Shown in pieces: positions 39,322-48,852 of a DNA stretch of 64,000 nucleotides (positions within the stretch are counted from its first letter, which is position 1; the number at the start of each line of letters is the position of its first letter). The stretch is taken from the NCBI GenBank assembly GCA_043756865.1, contig JAYUQG010000024.1:91259-155258 (forward strand). The letters are read 5' to 3'. Origin of the DNA: a bacterium (GTDB lineage: Bacteria; Patescibacteriota; Minisyncoccia; Phycocordibacterales; UBA6899). The position numbers and the translations under genes were made by a program. Below the pieces are notes generated by a model. That model was given only the letters and a program-made list of their open reading frames with translations. It was not told the origin of the DNA and made no database searches.

Positions 39322-39806
39322 TTTGTTGGTGCTGTAAGAATATCCCCGAATGGCTTCACTGTACGGTATTTGTTGTAAATGAGGCAGAGACAGAGACGGG
39401 TGTTTTGTGTCTTATCTGTAGCATTCACAAAATGACCCCAGTGACCGAGACGCCTAGTTACAAGAGTAGAAGGGGTGGTAAGATATCCGTATAAGGTCTT
39501 GCCCTACATGTTTGAGACCGAGATAGTCAGCTATCAACAATAGGTTCGGCTGACCGAGTGCTATCAGAACTGGAAATTTAAAGATTCACTCAATTCCATC
39601 CCGACATACCGGCTGAGTGCCGTATCTAGAAACTCAAAGTCGCTCAATGGGCGACTTTGAGTTTGAGTTGTAGAATAGGTCTGTAATCTATAGGATATAC
39701 AAATGTCAGTCAAACTCATTCTGAAGAGATAGTCCGCTTCTTGAAAACCACAGAGCCGGAAGCCATTTGTATTAGGGGTGAATAGGGTGTCAGATTTGCA
39801 ACTTTC

Positions 39807-39830
39807 GGTTCGAATCCCTGAAGCATTACC
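39807..39830 (+). repeat. Degenerate copy of tRNA-Gln T-arm and 3' flank (GGTTCGAATCCCTGAAGCATTACC); probable distal att remnant
   Basis: Compare tRNA GGTTCGAGTCCCTGACCCGCAGTTACC. Not an intact tRNA. Confidence 0.45.
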
Positions 39831-39933
39831 TCCACGGAATTGCACTGTACTTTCACCTTTTTTTATATTGCCTTGCGTTTTGTGCAGATATTGATAGTTT
39901 GAGCAGTATTATTTATCAACGCACGGCTTCTTT

Positions 39934-42681
39934 ATGCGTAAACTCGTCACCGTCTTATTCCTCGCCCTCACGCTTTTAGCTATCTCTCTGCCCACTGCGT
40001 TTGCAGCCTTCCCTGTTTTTCCTCCGACACTCAATAAAAGTCCCGACGCTGGGTATGCGGATGATTCAGTGAGCAGTGGAGTGGTGCCGAACATTGGTAC
40101 AACGAGTGCTACAGTCTTCACCTTTAAGGTGCTGTATGCACAGTCACAGAATCGTGAGCCATGGGACATTAATCTTGTTGTCACTGATGGAACAACCACT
40201 GCAATTCATGCGATGAATCATGATGTGGGTGCGAATGATCCAATATTACGCGATGGGAATTATGCGAATGGGGAACAGTACATCTTCGCTGCAACGCTCA
40301 CTCCAGGCATGTGGCAATACCACTTTGAAAGCGATTTCGGCGCACAACTTCCGGGAGCGGGGGAGTGGGATTTCACAGTGAGTGTCGATACGACTCCTTC
40401 GAAGTGTGGGGTGGATTGTTACTCAAATGTGCTTTTCCTGCCTGGACTTGAGGCGAGCAGATTATTTTGGACAGATCCAAATTGCATTTTCCTCAATTGC
40501 GAAAACCAACTATGGCTTGCCAATAGTGATACAGATGCAAAACAACTCTACCTTAATTCAAACGGCACAAGCATATTGAATGACATTTATACGAGTGTTG
40601 AACGAGGTGCGATCGACGAGGCGGCGATTCCTGTGGCGGGCACAAATATATATAAAACTTTTCTCAATAGTCTCAGTGAATGGAAGAATGAAGAGCATCT
40701 TATTGCCGACTACGCAGTAGCACCGTATGACTGGAGATTGTCAGTTGATGATGTGCTCACGAAGGGAATAAAAAACGGAGACAATATTTATTATGGTGGC
40801 GCGAGCGGGACATATATTCTTGATGAACTTTTACGCATGGCGTCCACGTCGAAAACGCAAAAAGTTACAATTGTTGCGCACTCAAATGGTGGATTAGTTG
40901 CAAAACAGTTAATGCTGAAGCTCCGCGAGCTAGGCAAGGAGGACTTGATTGACAGGCTCATTCTCGTCGCTGTTCCACAGGTTGGAACACCAAAGGCAGT
41001 CGGTGGACTACTTCACGGAACAGATCTTGGTCTCCCGTTCATTCTTGATGAGGAGCACGCTCGAACTCTTGGCGAGAATATGCCGAGTGCCTATGCATTG
41101 ATGCCATCTCAGAAATATTTCGAGACCATCAATCCGAATTCAATTACAAACAAACTCATTTCATTTACCGACTCACCGCTGTATGCGCCAGAGAGATCAC
41201 AGTACGGATTTTTGGTGAGCAACATGACGGAGCTTCGGGGCTATCTACTCGGCAGTGAAGGACGAACAGAGCCTGCCGATTCTGATCTCGATTCACCAAA
41301 TGTGCTGAAGTTCGAACTTCTCGATCAAGCATCATCAACCCATGCGCTACTCGATGAATGGCAACCTGCGAGTACGACCGAAGTGGTGCAAATTGGGGGA
41401 TGGGGAGAGAAAACCATATCCGGAGTCAGCTATTACACGGAACAACAACGTGATTGTGTGACTGTGCAGGGTCAGTTTGGCGCTAGTCACCAAGAGTGCG
41501 GTCCGTATTATGAGGTGAAAAAATACAAACCCAATTTTACGACAGAGGGCGATGGTACGGTGGTTGTTCCGAGTGCGCTTTGGATAGCGACAAGCACTTC
41601 GCAGGTTGAGAGGTATTGGGTGGATTTGAAAAAATACAATGATGAGAACATCGATAAAGACCACGCGAAAATACTGGAAGTGAGCACTCTCCTCGACTTC
41701 ATTAAGACCAAACTCACTAATGTGACGTCCTCACTCCCGAACTACATAGTAAACTCCGCATCGACGCTGAGCGACGCTCCAGACATAAAGTTTGTCTATA
41801 CACTCCACTCGCCGCTTTCGCTCAATCTCTACGACACTTTAGGAAATCATACGGGAATATCTACCACAACAGGTTACGTGGAGCAAAATATCTCAGGGTC
41901 TCGCTACGGCACATTCGGCGAAGTGAAGTATATTATTGCAAATGCCGATGTCGCTCAACATCTTGCGCTTCAGGGGTATGCGACAGGAACGTTCAGTTTG
42001 GATGTTGAAAAAGTACGTGGAGATATAATTCTCGCGAGCACCACCTTTGCTTCGGTGCCCGTATCTCCAAACACCATTGCGACATTCTCGCTTCCTGCAA
42101 ATGGTGACTTCTCATCTTCGACACCATTACGGGTTGACGTTGATGGAAATGGGGCAAATGATATCGTGCTCGTACCAGAGATTGGAGCAACTGTATATCC
42201 AGACTTCACTCCACCCGAAGCGATATTCTCATTTAATGCAATTACTAAAGATGTTGTGATTTTGGGGGAAGATAACGTTGGGACAACCTCAACACTAATC
42301 ACACCAACGTCGACCACCATCACTGACCAGTCGGGAAATACACTCAGCATCCCATTCATCAAGTTCAAAGAGAAGCCAACTAAATTAAAAATTGCATTCG
42401 ATACGTTAATTTATAACGGAGTAGCGACCGCAACACCATGGGTGACTATTGAGTATGAATGGGTGATTAAGAATAACGGCATGCTCCAGTCACTTTCACA
42501 GGATATTCGCATCAAGGGTGCGCGCCGTGTGACTGCAGACTATTCTTTGAGCAAGGGTGAAACCAAGATTATGGACAGAATCAGGGAGGATGGGGAAAAG
42601 AGTGTCACAAAAACTGTAAAAACGGGTGTAACCGTGCTTCCGCTGTCGACAAAAGCAGGAGCACTCGACGTGACGTATTGA
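39934..42681 (+). CDS. Large secreted alpha/beta-hydrolase (lipase/esterase, PGAP1/LCAT-like) with a long C-terminal beta-rich extension
   Basis: Signal peptide MRKLVTVLFLALTLLAISLPTAFA. Nucleophile elbow VTIVAHSNGGLVA (GxSxG). 915 aa. Confidence 0.7.
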   Translation: MRKLVTVLFLALTLLAISLPTAFAAFPVFPPTLNKSPDAGYADDSVSSGVVPNIGTTSATVFTFKVLYAQSQNREPWDINLVVTDGTTTAIHAMNHDVGANDPILRDGNYANGEQYIFAATLTPGMWQYHFESDFGAQLPGAGEWDFTVSVDTTPSKCGVDCYSNVLFLPGLEASRLFWTDPNCIFLNCENQLWLANSDTDAKQLYLNSNGTSILNDIYTSVERGAIDEAAIPVAGTNIYKTFLNSLSEWKNEEHLIADYAVAPYDWRLSVDDVLTKGIKNGDNIYYGGASGTYILDELLRMASTSKTQKVTIVAHSNGGLVAKQLMLKLRELGKEDLIDRLILVAVPQVGTPKAVGGLLHGTDLGLPFILDEEHARTLGENMPSAYALMPSQKYFETINPNSITNKLISFTDSPLYAPERSQYGFLVSNMTELRGYLLGSEGRTEPADSDLDSPNVLKFELLDQASSTHALLDEWQPASTTEVVQIGGWGEKTISGVSYYTEQQRDCVTVQGQFGASHQECGPYYEVKKYKPNFTTEGDGTVVVPSALWIATSTSQVERYWVDLKKYNDENIDKDHAKILEVSTLLDFIKTKLTNVTSSLPNYIVNSASTLSDAPDIKFVYTLHSPLSLNLYDTLGNHTGISTTTGYVEQNISGSRYGTFGEVKYIIANADVAQHLALQGYATGTFSLDVEKVRGDIILASTTFASVPVSPNTIATFSLPANGDFSSSTPLRVDVDGNGANDIVLVPEIGATVYPDFTPPEAIFSFNAITKDVVILGEDNVGTTSTLITPTSTTITDQSGNTLSIPFIKFKEKPTKLKIAFDTLIYNGVATATPWVTIEYEWVIKNNGMLQSLSQDIRIKGARRVTADYSLSKGETKIMDRIREDGEKSVTKTVKTGVTVLPLSTKAGALDVTY

Positions 42682-42709
42682 TTTAGGATTTGAGGTATAA
42701 TTAAAATGT

Positions 42710-43090
42710 ATGGAGATATTGCAAAAATCTAGTTTTAAGTTTTTCTTGACGACAGCCGTCTTGTTGGCTGCAGTCTTTTTGGTCGGAATTTTTACTGGCG
42801 CACACCTCATGAACTTAGATGGCACCCTCCAAACAGTGGGGTCTGTACTACTTTCCCTCTTCGTGTGTTCTTTTTTTGCGTTATTTGTGAAGCCAGAAGT
42901 ATTTAAGTCATGGCTACACTATATGTATTGGTGGATTGTTCCACTACTCTTCGCATACAGTCTCACATTAAGTCGTGGGGGCGGGTTCAGTGGCATTAAT
43001 CCTTGGGAACCCCTGTTTCCAATTTTTCTCTTTTTGTTTGTCCTCTCGACTCCGATTTATCTCTATATCAAATCTAAAAGGCTGAAATAG
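42710..43090 (+). CDS. Hypothetical membrane protein (4 TM)
   Basis: Hydrophobic helices only. Confidence 0.45.
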   Translation: MEILQKSSFKFFLTTAVLLAAVFLVGIFTGAHLMNLDGTLQTVGSVLLSLFVCSFFALFVKPEVFKSWLHYMYWWIVPLLFAYSLTLSRGGGFSGINPWEPLFPIFLFLFVLSTPIYLYIKSKRLK

Positions 43091-43423
43091 TGCGGAAAGA
43101 AATTAATAAAAAACGGCTTTATTACGAGGTCGTTTTGGAAAGAGGAGATTTTAATCCCTCAATTCCCCTCAGCTTGCTGGGGGGTATCCGCTAAGGAAGA
43201 GTTTGAGAAACCGCTGGTTTCTCAAGATGATTCAGAGCGGAGCTCCTATGATACCCCGCCGATACGGAGCGGTAGCGGAGTGAGGGTAGCAGCTTGCTGC
43301 GGGGAGCTTCATTATTCTCAGCGATCATCGTCTCGGGCTGTGTGTATTTTCTCGTGAGGAAGTAGGGAAAGGCCTATTATAAAAAGACGTGCACGTTTTT
43401 CCTCCCTTTCCTCTATACTCGAT

Positions 43424-44034
43424 ATGTCCCAACCCCCCTATCTTGCACCAACAGAAAATGGGTGTAAGTTTACTCATGCGATAAAAAAGAAATTCTCGCT
43501 TGCCTCTGGAGCACTCATGATTCTCGGTGGGTTATTCACTGCAGAGGGTTGCCATAGCGGCGGGTGGTTCGCCGTTTGACCGACTTGCGGCTGCACTCGG
43601 AGAGCTGCGGAGAGACCTCTCCAGCCTCGAAGTGTGCATTAACAACTTGGTACTTGTACCCGGTCCGCAGGGACCTCGAGGTATTCAGGGAGAGGTTGGA
43701 CCGCAGGGTTTACAGGGTGCTCCTGGTACACAGGGAGCGGTCGGTCGACTGATTACTTACCGTGTGACCTTACCATTCGCCGACATCGCGCTTAATTCTT
43801 CGGCTGCTGCAATCGCAAGGTGCGAACGCGGTGACCAGATACTCTGGTGGGTACTTCCTTCAGGGCTCGACTACTCAGATAGTGGACACAAGGCCTGACT
43901 ATATGGATTGGAACGGAACAAGTTTCGTCGAAGGATGGAAAGTCGTAGGTAGCAATACGAATCCTCCGGCAGGAATTCCCTCAAGCATCGGACTCATTGC
44001 CGCATACGCGCTGTGTAATGACGCCACGCCGTAG
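43424..44034 (+). pseudogene. Collagen-like (Gly-X-Y)9 repeat protein gene split into three frames by two +1 shifts at G-runs
   Basis: Frame 2 (43424..): signal-like MSQPP…KKKFSLASGALMILGGLFTAEGC. Frame 0 (43527..43898): GPQGPRGIQGEVGPQGLQGAPGTQGAVG. Frame 1 (43831..44034): C-terminal domain. Shifts sit at ggcggg (~43550) and tggtggg (~43845). Confidence 0.5.
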
Positions 44035-44178
44035 TCTTGCTCGTTTATCAAAAAAACCGCTACTTGGCGTTGCCGCTCGAAGACTCACTTTTTTTGCGCG
44101 CTTTGCGCGGTAGATACAAAAAGCCATCACGTGGTTTTTTGGTAACACGGTCTCTATGTATTTTGCTAGAATACATTA

Positions 44179-44529
44179 ATGGAAAAACACCGTATCTACA
44201 CAATGAGCTTTGCTAGTGTTTATCCATTGTATGTCGCCAAGGCAGAGAAAAAGGGGCGTACGAAAAAAGAGGTGGATGAGGTCATCCGTTGGCTGACGAG
44301 GTACAGCCAGAAAGAATTGGGCACGCAACTGAAAAAACAAACAGACTTCGAGACGTTTTTTGGTGAGGCACCCGAAATGAATCCTGCGCGAGCATTAATT
44401 ACCGGTGTTATTTGTGGTGTGCGATTAGAAGATATTGAGGAAGCGCTTATGCGCGAAATCCGTTATCTGGATAAACTTATCGACGAGCTGGCTAAGGGGC
44501 GTACGATGGAGAGGATTTTGCGAAAGTAA
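44179..44529 (+). CDS. DUF2200-family protein
   Basis: [32 protein letters not shown] is the conserved DUF2200 N-terminus. Confidence 0.65.
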   Translation: MEKHRIYTMSFASVYPLYVAKAEKKGRTKKEVDEVIRWLTRYSQKELGTQLKKQTDFETFFGEAPEMNPARALITGVICGVRLEDIEEALMREIRYLDKLIDELAKGRTMERILRK

Positions 44530-44577
44530 CACATCATCAGATGATGGAGTCACCAAGCTAAATGTTACAATTCCAAT

Positions 44578-44967
44578 ATGACAAAAAATAAAACAAAGTA
44601 TGTCGACGGGTTCGTGCTTATTGTTCCTCAAAAAAATGTAGCAGCTTACAAAAAAATGGCACAGAGTGCAGGGAAAATGTGGATGCGCTGTGGCGCTCTT
44701 GAGTACGTGGAATGTATGGGAGACGACATGTATCCACCATCCATGGGCATGCAGTCACTCACTTTTCCTAAATTGGCAAACGCGAAAAAGGGCGAGACGG
44801 TGTGGTTCTCCTACATTACGTACAAGTCTCGTGCGCATCGTGATCAGGTGAACAAAAAAGTATACGCAGAAATGAATAAAGTTGCTGCAAAGTACAAGAA
44901 CATGAAGATGCCCTTTGACATGAAGAAAATGGCATTCGGAGGCTTTAAGGTGATGGTACACAACTAA
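44578..44967 (+). CDS. DUF1428-family protein
   Basis: YVDGFVLIVPQKNVAAYKKMAQSAGKMWMRCGALEYVECMGDD matches the DUF1428 core. Confidence 0.65.
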   Translation: MTKNKTKYVDGFVLIVPQKNVAAYKKMAQSAGKMWMRCGALEYVECMGDDMYPPSMGMQSLTFPKLANAKKGETVWFSYITYKSRAHRDQVNKKVYAEMNKVAAKYKNMKMPFDMKKMAFGGFKVMVHN

Positions 44968-44972
44968 TCTCT

Positions 44973-45380
44973 ATGCCGAAATCAGTCACAAAGTTACACG
45001 CAGACATCGAAGCATACAACAAGGCACAGTCTCGTGACGACAAAGCGATTTGCGTCATGTTGGCAGAAGAGATAATGCACAATCTTCCCGATGCTGAAAA
45101 TAAAATCTGGCACAGGCATCCTGTATGGTTTCTGGATGGAAATCCTGTTGTGGGGTATAGCAAGCTGAAGGATTCCGTCCGTCTCCTGTTTTGGAGCGGG
45201 CAGTCTTTTGATGAAGCGGGTTTAACGAATGAGGGAAGTTTTAAGGCAGCGGACATGCGCTATACGGAACTGTCACAGATAAACAAAAAAGACCTCAAGC
45301 GCTGGCTAAGGAAATCCGAGGATATTCAATGGGACTACAAAAACATTGTCAAAAGAAAGGGTGTGCTGATTAGATTGTAA
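44973..45380 (+). CDS. DUF1801 (YdhG-like) domain protein
   Basis: …IWHRHPVWFLDGNPVVGYSKLKDSVRLLFW… pattern. Confidence 0.55.
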   Translation: MPKSVTKLHADIEAYNKAQSRDDKAICVMLAEEIMHNLPDAENKIWHRHPVWFLDGNPVVGYSKLKDSVRLLFWSGQSFDEAGLTNEGSFKAADMRYTELSQINKKDLKRWLRKSEDIQWDYKNIVKRKGVLIRL

Positions 45381-45482
45381 GCAGCGTTGTGGGTGCATAA
45401 TAACTTCAATATTTGCGAGGGAAAAATTTTGACAACCAGCCGTACGTATTCAAGACGGGAATTCTTTTGATATAATTAGTGC

Positions 45483-45830
45483 ATGCCTGATTTCGTCGTG
45501 AATACGTTTATTTCACTCGAGTCCAACGAACTGAGTGGAATTACATTGCTTGCAGCATTGGGGATCGTGTTTGTATTTTTTTGTTATTGGGGGATGCGAC
45601 TACTTCTGCCTTTGTTCCAAACAAATAAGCTACATATTTCAAAAAGACAAAAAATGATTTATGCATGGGGAGTCGTGGGTATTCTTTCACTTATTTTTTT
45701 AGGTATGATCAGAGAAAAGTTCCTTCCTTGGGTAGATAGCGATATCTTTATTTTCACATTCTCAGCAATTATTGTGTCGGGTTGTATCTATTTTTTGTTG
45801 AAGAAGGAGGATAAGACTATGCAAAAGTGA
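45483..45830 (+). CDS. Hypothetical membrane protein (3 TM)
   Basis: Hydrophobic helices only. Confidence 0.4.
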   Translation: MPDFVVNTFISLESNELSGITLLAALGIVFVFFCYWGMRLLLPLFQTNKLHISKRQKMIYAWGVVGILSLIFLGMIREKFLPWVDSDIFIFTFSAIIVSGCIYFLLKKEDKTMQK

Positions 45831-45980
45831 ACTACTGTTTATTCAACCATTCACTCGTTCTCCCTTACGTTTGCTTTAGCATGCACTACGGGACCACGTA
45901 AGATCTGGGGGTGTCACCATGCCCATTCCGCTTAATGATATATTCTGCTACTCTCATTTCATAAATCTAATTTTATACAC

Positions 45981-46424
45981 ATGGCACGCGTCAGCACTTA
46001 TCTCAATTTCACTCGTTCGACGGAAGAAGCATTCAATTTTTACCAGTCAATCTTTGGAGGTACGTTCACGGGCGGAATCGCACGACTCGGTGATGCGCCT
46101 GCACAAGAGGGCATGCCCCCACTTGCTGATGGAGACAAAAATCTCGTTATGCATGTTGCACTCCCGATTCTCGGCGGTCACGTACTCATGGGCACCGATG
46201 CTCCAGAATCACTGGGATTTAAAGTCAGCTTTGGGAACAATATCTATATTAACCTTGAGCCGGACACTCGTACCCAAACAAAGAAATTGTTTGATGCGTT
46301 GTCGCAAGGAGGTAAAATTGAAATGGAGTTACAGGAAATGTTTTGGGGAGACTACTATGGTTCATGCACGGACAAATATGGGGTGCACTGGATGTTTAAT
46401 TGTAGTACTGCCCTTTCCAAATAA
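45981..46424 (+). CDS. VOC-family (glyoxalase/PhnB-like) protein
   Basis: YLNFTRSTEEAFNFYQSIFGG…HVALPILGGHVLMGTD… is typical of PhnB-like VOC proteins. Confidence 0.75.
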   Translation: MARVSTYLNFTRSTEEAFNFYQSIFGGTFTGGIARLGDAPAQEGMPPLADGDKNLVMHVALPILGGHVLMGTDAPESLGFKVSFGNNIYINLEPDTRTQTKKLFDALSQGGKIEMELQEMFWGDYYGSCTDKYGVHWMFNCSTALSK

Positions 46425-46603
46425 ACTTAATGAAAAACATGCCACTTTTGCCCCATGCACACCATTCCCGCAAAACCCCTTTTCACCGTAATGCTATTAC
46501 GCCTCAAGGGTTTTTGCGCTTCATGGCAGCGCATGAGACAAAAGTCATCACGTTTGTTCTTGTTAAGTTAATTTAGAAAGAGCAGTAGTAAAACATAACT
46601 CAT

Positions 46604-47011
46604 ATGCCACAAATCACCGTTCACACAAGCGTAAACGCACCGGTGGAAAAAGTTTGGCAATATTACACGGAACCTATGCATGTCACGATGTGGAATAACG
46701 CCTCACCTGATTGGCACTCACCCCACGCAGAGAACGACTTGCGTGTCGGGGGCAACTTTAGCTTCAGAATGGAGGCGATGGACGGCAGTGCGGGATTTGA
46801 TTTTGCGGGGACATACACTGAAATAGTGCCCCTCCAAAAGATTGCATACACTTTTGGTGGCAGAAATGCATCTGTTTTATTTGCAGAACAAGGGGAAAAG
46901 ACCGACGTAACCATTGTGTTTGATGCAGAGTCTGAAAACTCCCTCGTAATGCAGCAAGACGGGTGGCAGGCGATTCTTGATAATTTCAAGAAGCATGTTG
47001 AAGCTGTGTAA
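46604..47011 (+). CDS. SRPBCC-superfamily protein (AHSA1/activator-of-Hsp90-ATPase-like)
   Basis: …APVEKVWQYYTEP…W…G…GG.F.F…FDF.GTYTEIVP… pattern. Confidence 0.7.
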   Translation: MPQITVHTSVNAPVEKVWQYYTEPMHVTMWNNASPDWHSPHAENDLRVGGNFSFRMEAMDGSAGFDFAGTYTEIVPLQKIAYTFGGRNASVLFAEQGEKTDVTIVFDAESENSLVMQQDGWQAILDNFKKHVEAV

Positions 47012-47060
47012 CCTGTTCTGTGCGTTGACAGCACCACAAAGCCATCTATCATGAACTGAG

Positions 47061-47717
47061 ATGTCCCCTGAAGGGAAGCGCATGAATACGCCCATTGCTC
47101 CTCGCCGCGACACTCAACCAAAGCGTACGCGCAAACCGCCACTTCGCTATGCGTTTGATCATCTTGCGATCGTGCTCGATGAGCAAACATATAGGGCATT
47201 GCGTCTGCGCCTGCCTATCCCAAAAGCGCGCGTCGCTTACGAAACACCGTATGTCGGAAACGATGCGGACGGCATGGAGACGTTCGTACTTCAGCGCGAT
47301 GACGTACGTATTGCATTTATGGTGGGAAGAGAAAAAGCAGCGGGTGCTGTTTCTCAGATCACACGGTACCAGATACGTTATGGAAATATGAAGCTCCAGC
47401 ACATCGCACTGCGCACAAATAACATCGAGCGCGCCGTGAGGGAATGGGAACGTGACGGACATCGTTTTCTCACCCGTTCCGCAGACGGCAAGCCTGCGAT
47501 ACTCAAGAGTGTAGATGAGCGTGGTGTGGTGTATCAGTGTTTTACCATGCCGATCGCGGACGGTCTGTTTTTTGAACTGAAGGAAGTATGCAAAAAAGAA
47601 CGCACACTTGTCGGCTTTCAGGAATTTCGAGACGACAACATTGAAGGCCTCTGGGGAGCCGTTGAACGCGAAATTCATGACGGCGAAGATCGATTCTGGC
47701 AGTACACTCTTTTTTGA
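47061..47717 (+). CDS. VOC-family protein with an HPPD-like C-terminus
   Basis: DHLAIVLDE…LQHIALRTNNIERAV… and the C-terminal GFQEFRDDNIEGLWGAVEREI, similar to the HPPD GFGxGNFxxLFxxIE pattern. The start could be at 47082. Confidence 0.55.
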   Translation: MSPEGKRMNTPIAPRRDTQPKRTRKPPLRYAFDHLAIVLDEQTYRALRLRLPIPKARVAYETPYVGNDADGMETFVLQRDDVRIAFMVGREKAAGAVSQITRYQIRYGNMKLQHIALRTNNIERAVREWERDGHRFLTRSADGKPAILKSVDERGVVYQCFTMPIADGLFFELKEVCKKERTLVGFQEFRDDNIEGLWGAVEREIHDGEDRFWQYTLF

Positions 47718-47723
47718 CTCCCT

Positions 47724-47753
47724 CCCGCCATCTTGCGCACGGCGGGTTTTTTA
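47724..47753 (+). terminator. Intrinsic terminator (CCCGCC-atcttgcgcac-GGCGGG plus T-run)
   Basis: 6-bp GC stem followed by ttttttat. Confidence 0.6.
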
Positions 47754-47853
47754 TACGTTTTTAAAAATCGTATAGGAACGGATTGCATTTGAAGCCCACT
47801 TCAATTGCGCATGCGTGGGCGCACTTGCTATGTAGCTGATAGAATAAGCATAT

Positions 47854-48045
47854 ATGAATCCGAAACTCACATATTTTTCAACCGCGATTATCTTGTCGCT
47901 TTTTATTTTAGTACTCGCAATGTTTGCAGGGTCAGCTTTAAAGGAACCGCAATTATTTTGGCTAGGTACAGTAGCCGTTATTTTTTGTGTTAATCTCGTG
48001 TGCTACATGCTGAGTCGGCGCGCCGCAAAGAAAAAAGCAAAGTGA
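47854..48045 (+). CDS. Small membrane protein (63 aa), hypothetical
   Basis: Two hydrophobic helices and a basic C-terminus. Confidence 0.3.
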   Translation: MNPKLTYFSTAIILSLFILVLAMFAGSALKEPQLFWLGTVAVIFCVNLVCYMLSRRAAKKKAK

Positions 48046-48174
48046 CTGCCGCTATTTCCAGCTGTGCACCGCAATTACAGTTTTAATGCACCCACACCAT
48101 CCTCTTTGAGTCTGGGCGCTTTTCATTCAAAACACATCTTGAAGGGGTAACGTGAAGGCATAAACGCAAAACAT

Positions 48175-48378
48175 ATGTCCAAACCCAAAATCACCGCACA
48201 GTCACAAGTGGTATTGGATACTTGCGCAAAAAAACTCGATGAGGCGGGGATAGAAGTCTCACACACGGAATACAAGGGAGTCTTTCATGAATTCTTTGGG
48301 ATGATAGGAGCTATCGATGAGGCGAGCGATGCCCTCGCCGAAGCAGCGAGGCGTTTGAATGTGGTATTTGGACAATAA
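48175..48378 (+). pseudogene. C-terminal remnant of an alpha/beta-hydrolase (esterase/lipase fold-3) gene
   Basis: …EVSHTEYKGVFHEFFGM…ASDALAEAARRL matches only the last ~60 aa (including the catalytic His) of HSL-type esterases. No upstream part. Confidence 0.45.
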
Positions 48379-48426
48379 GCAATCTTCATATTCCGGACTT
48401 TTTGCCGGAGTGTTATACTAGCTCAC

Positions 48427-48852
48427 ATGGACCAAAATTACACATTGATACTCTTGGCTACGGTCGCCCAGTTTATCTTGGGAGCGATGTGGTATTCGCC
48501 GCTTATGTTCGGGAAGTGGTGGATGGAAATCATGGAAAGCACTCATTTATCAAAAGAAGAATTGCAGAAGATACAAAAAGCAATGGCGCCATTCTATGGC
48601 CTGCAATTTTTGCTGACTGTACTCTCTACGTTTGTCCTTTCCCTGTTTATTCATTACCTTCAGATGGCGAACGTTGGTTTTTACGCATACGGCATCGCGG
48701 GGTGGGTGTGGCTCGGTTTTATAGTACCCAGCCAAGTGGCTGGTGTGGTGTGGGCGAATACAAAACAAAAATATTGGGTGAAACAAATTTTTGTGATGAC
48801 CAGCTATTCGTTGGTGGCGATGATGATTGCCGCATGGATATTGTCGCAATAG
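48427..48852 (+). CDS. DUF1761-family membrane protein
   Basis: LLATVAQFILGAMWYSPLMFGKWW… is a conserved DUF1761 N-terminus. Four TM helices. Confidence 0.6.
   Translation: MDQNYTLILLATVAQFILGAMWYSPLMFGKWWMEIMESTHLSKEELQKIQKAMAPFYGLQFLLTVLSTFVLSLFIHYLQMANVGFYAYGIAGWVWLGFIVPSQVAGVVWANTKQKYWVKQIFVMTSYSLVAMMIAAWILSQ

Noticed and set aside
39781-39840. Intact tRNA suggested by a GGTTCGAATCC T-loop-like sequence
   Set aside because: No acceptor, D or anticodon stems can be formed. The segment aligns instead to the tRNA-Gln T-arm and 3' flank, so it is interpreted as a degenerate att repeat.
46663-47199. Minus-strand 178-aa ORF overlapping the SRPBCC and VOC genes
   Set aside because: Antisense to two plus-strand genes with recognisable family motifs. 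The translation is Cys/Ser-rich and low-complexity.
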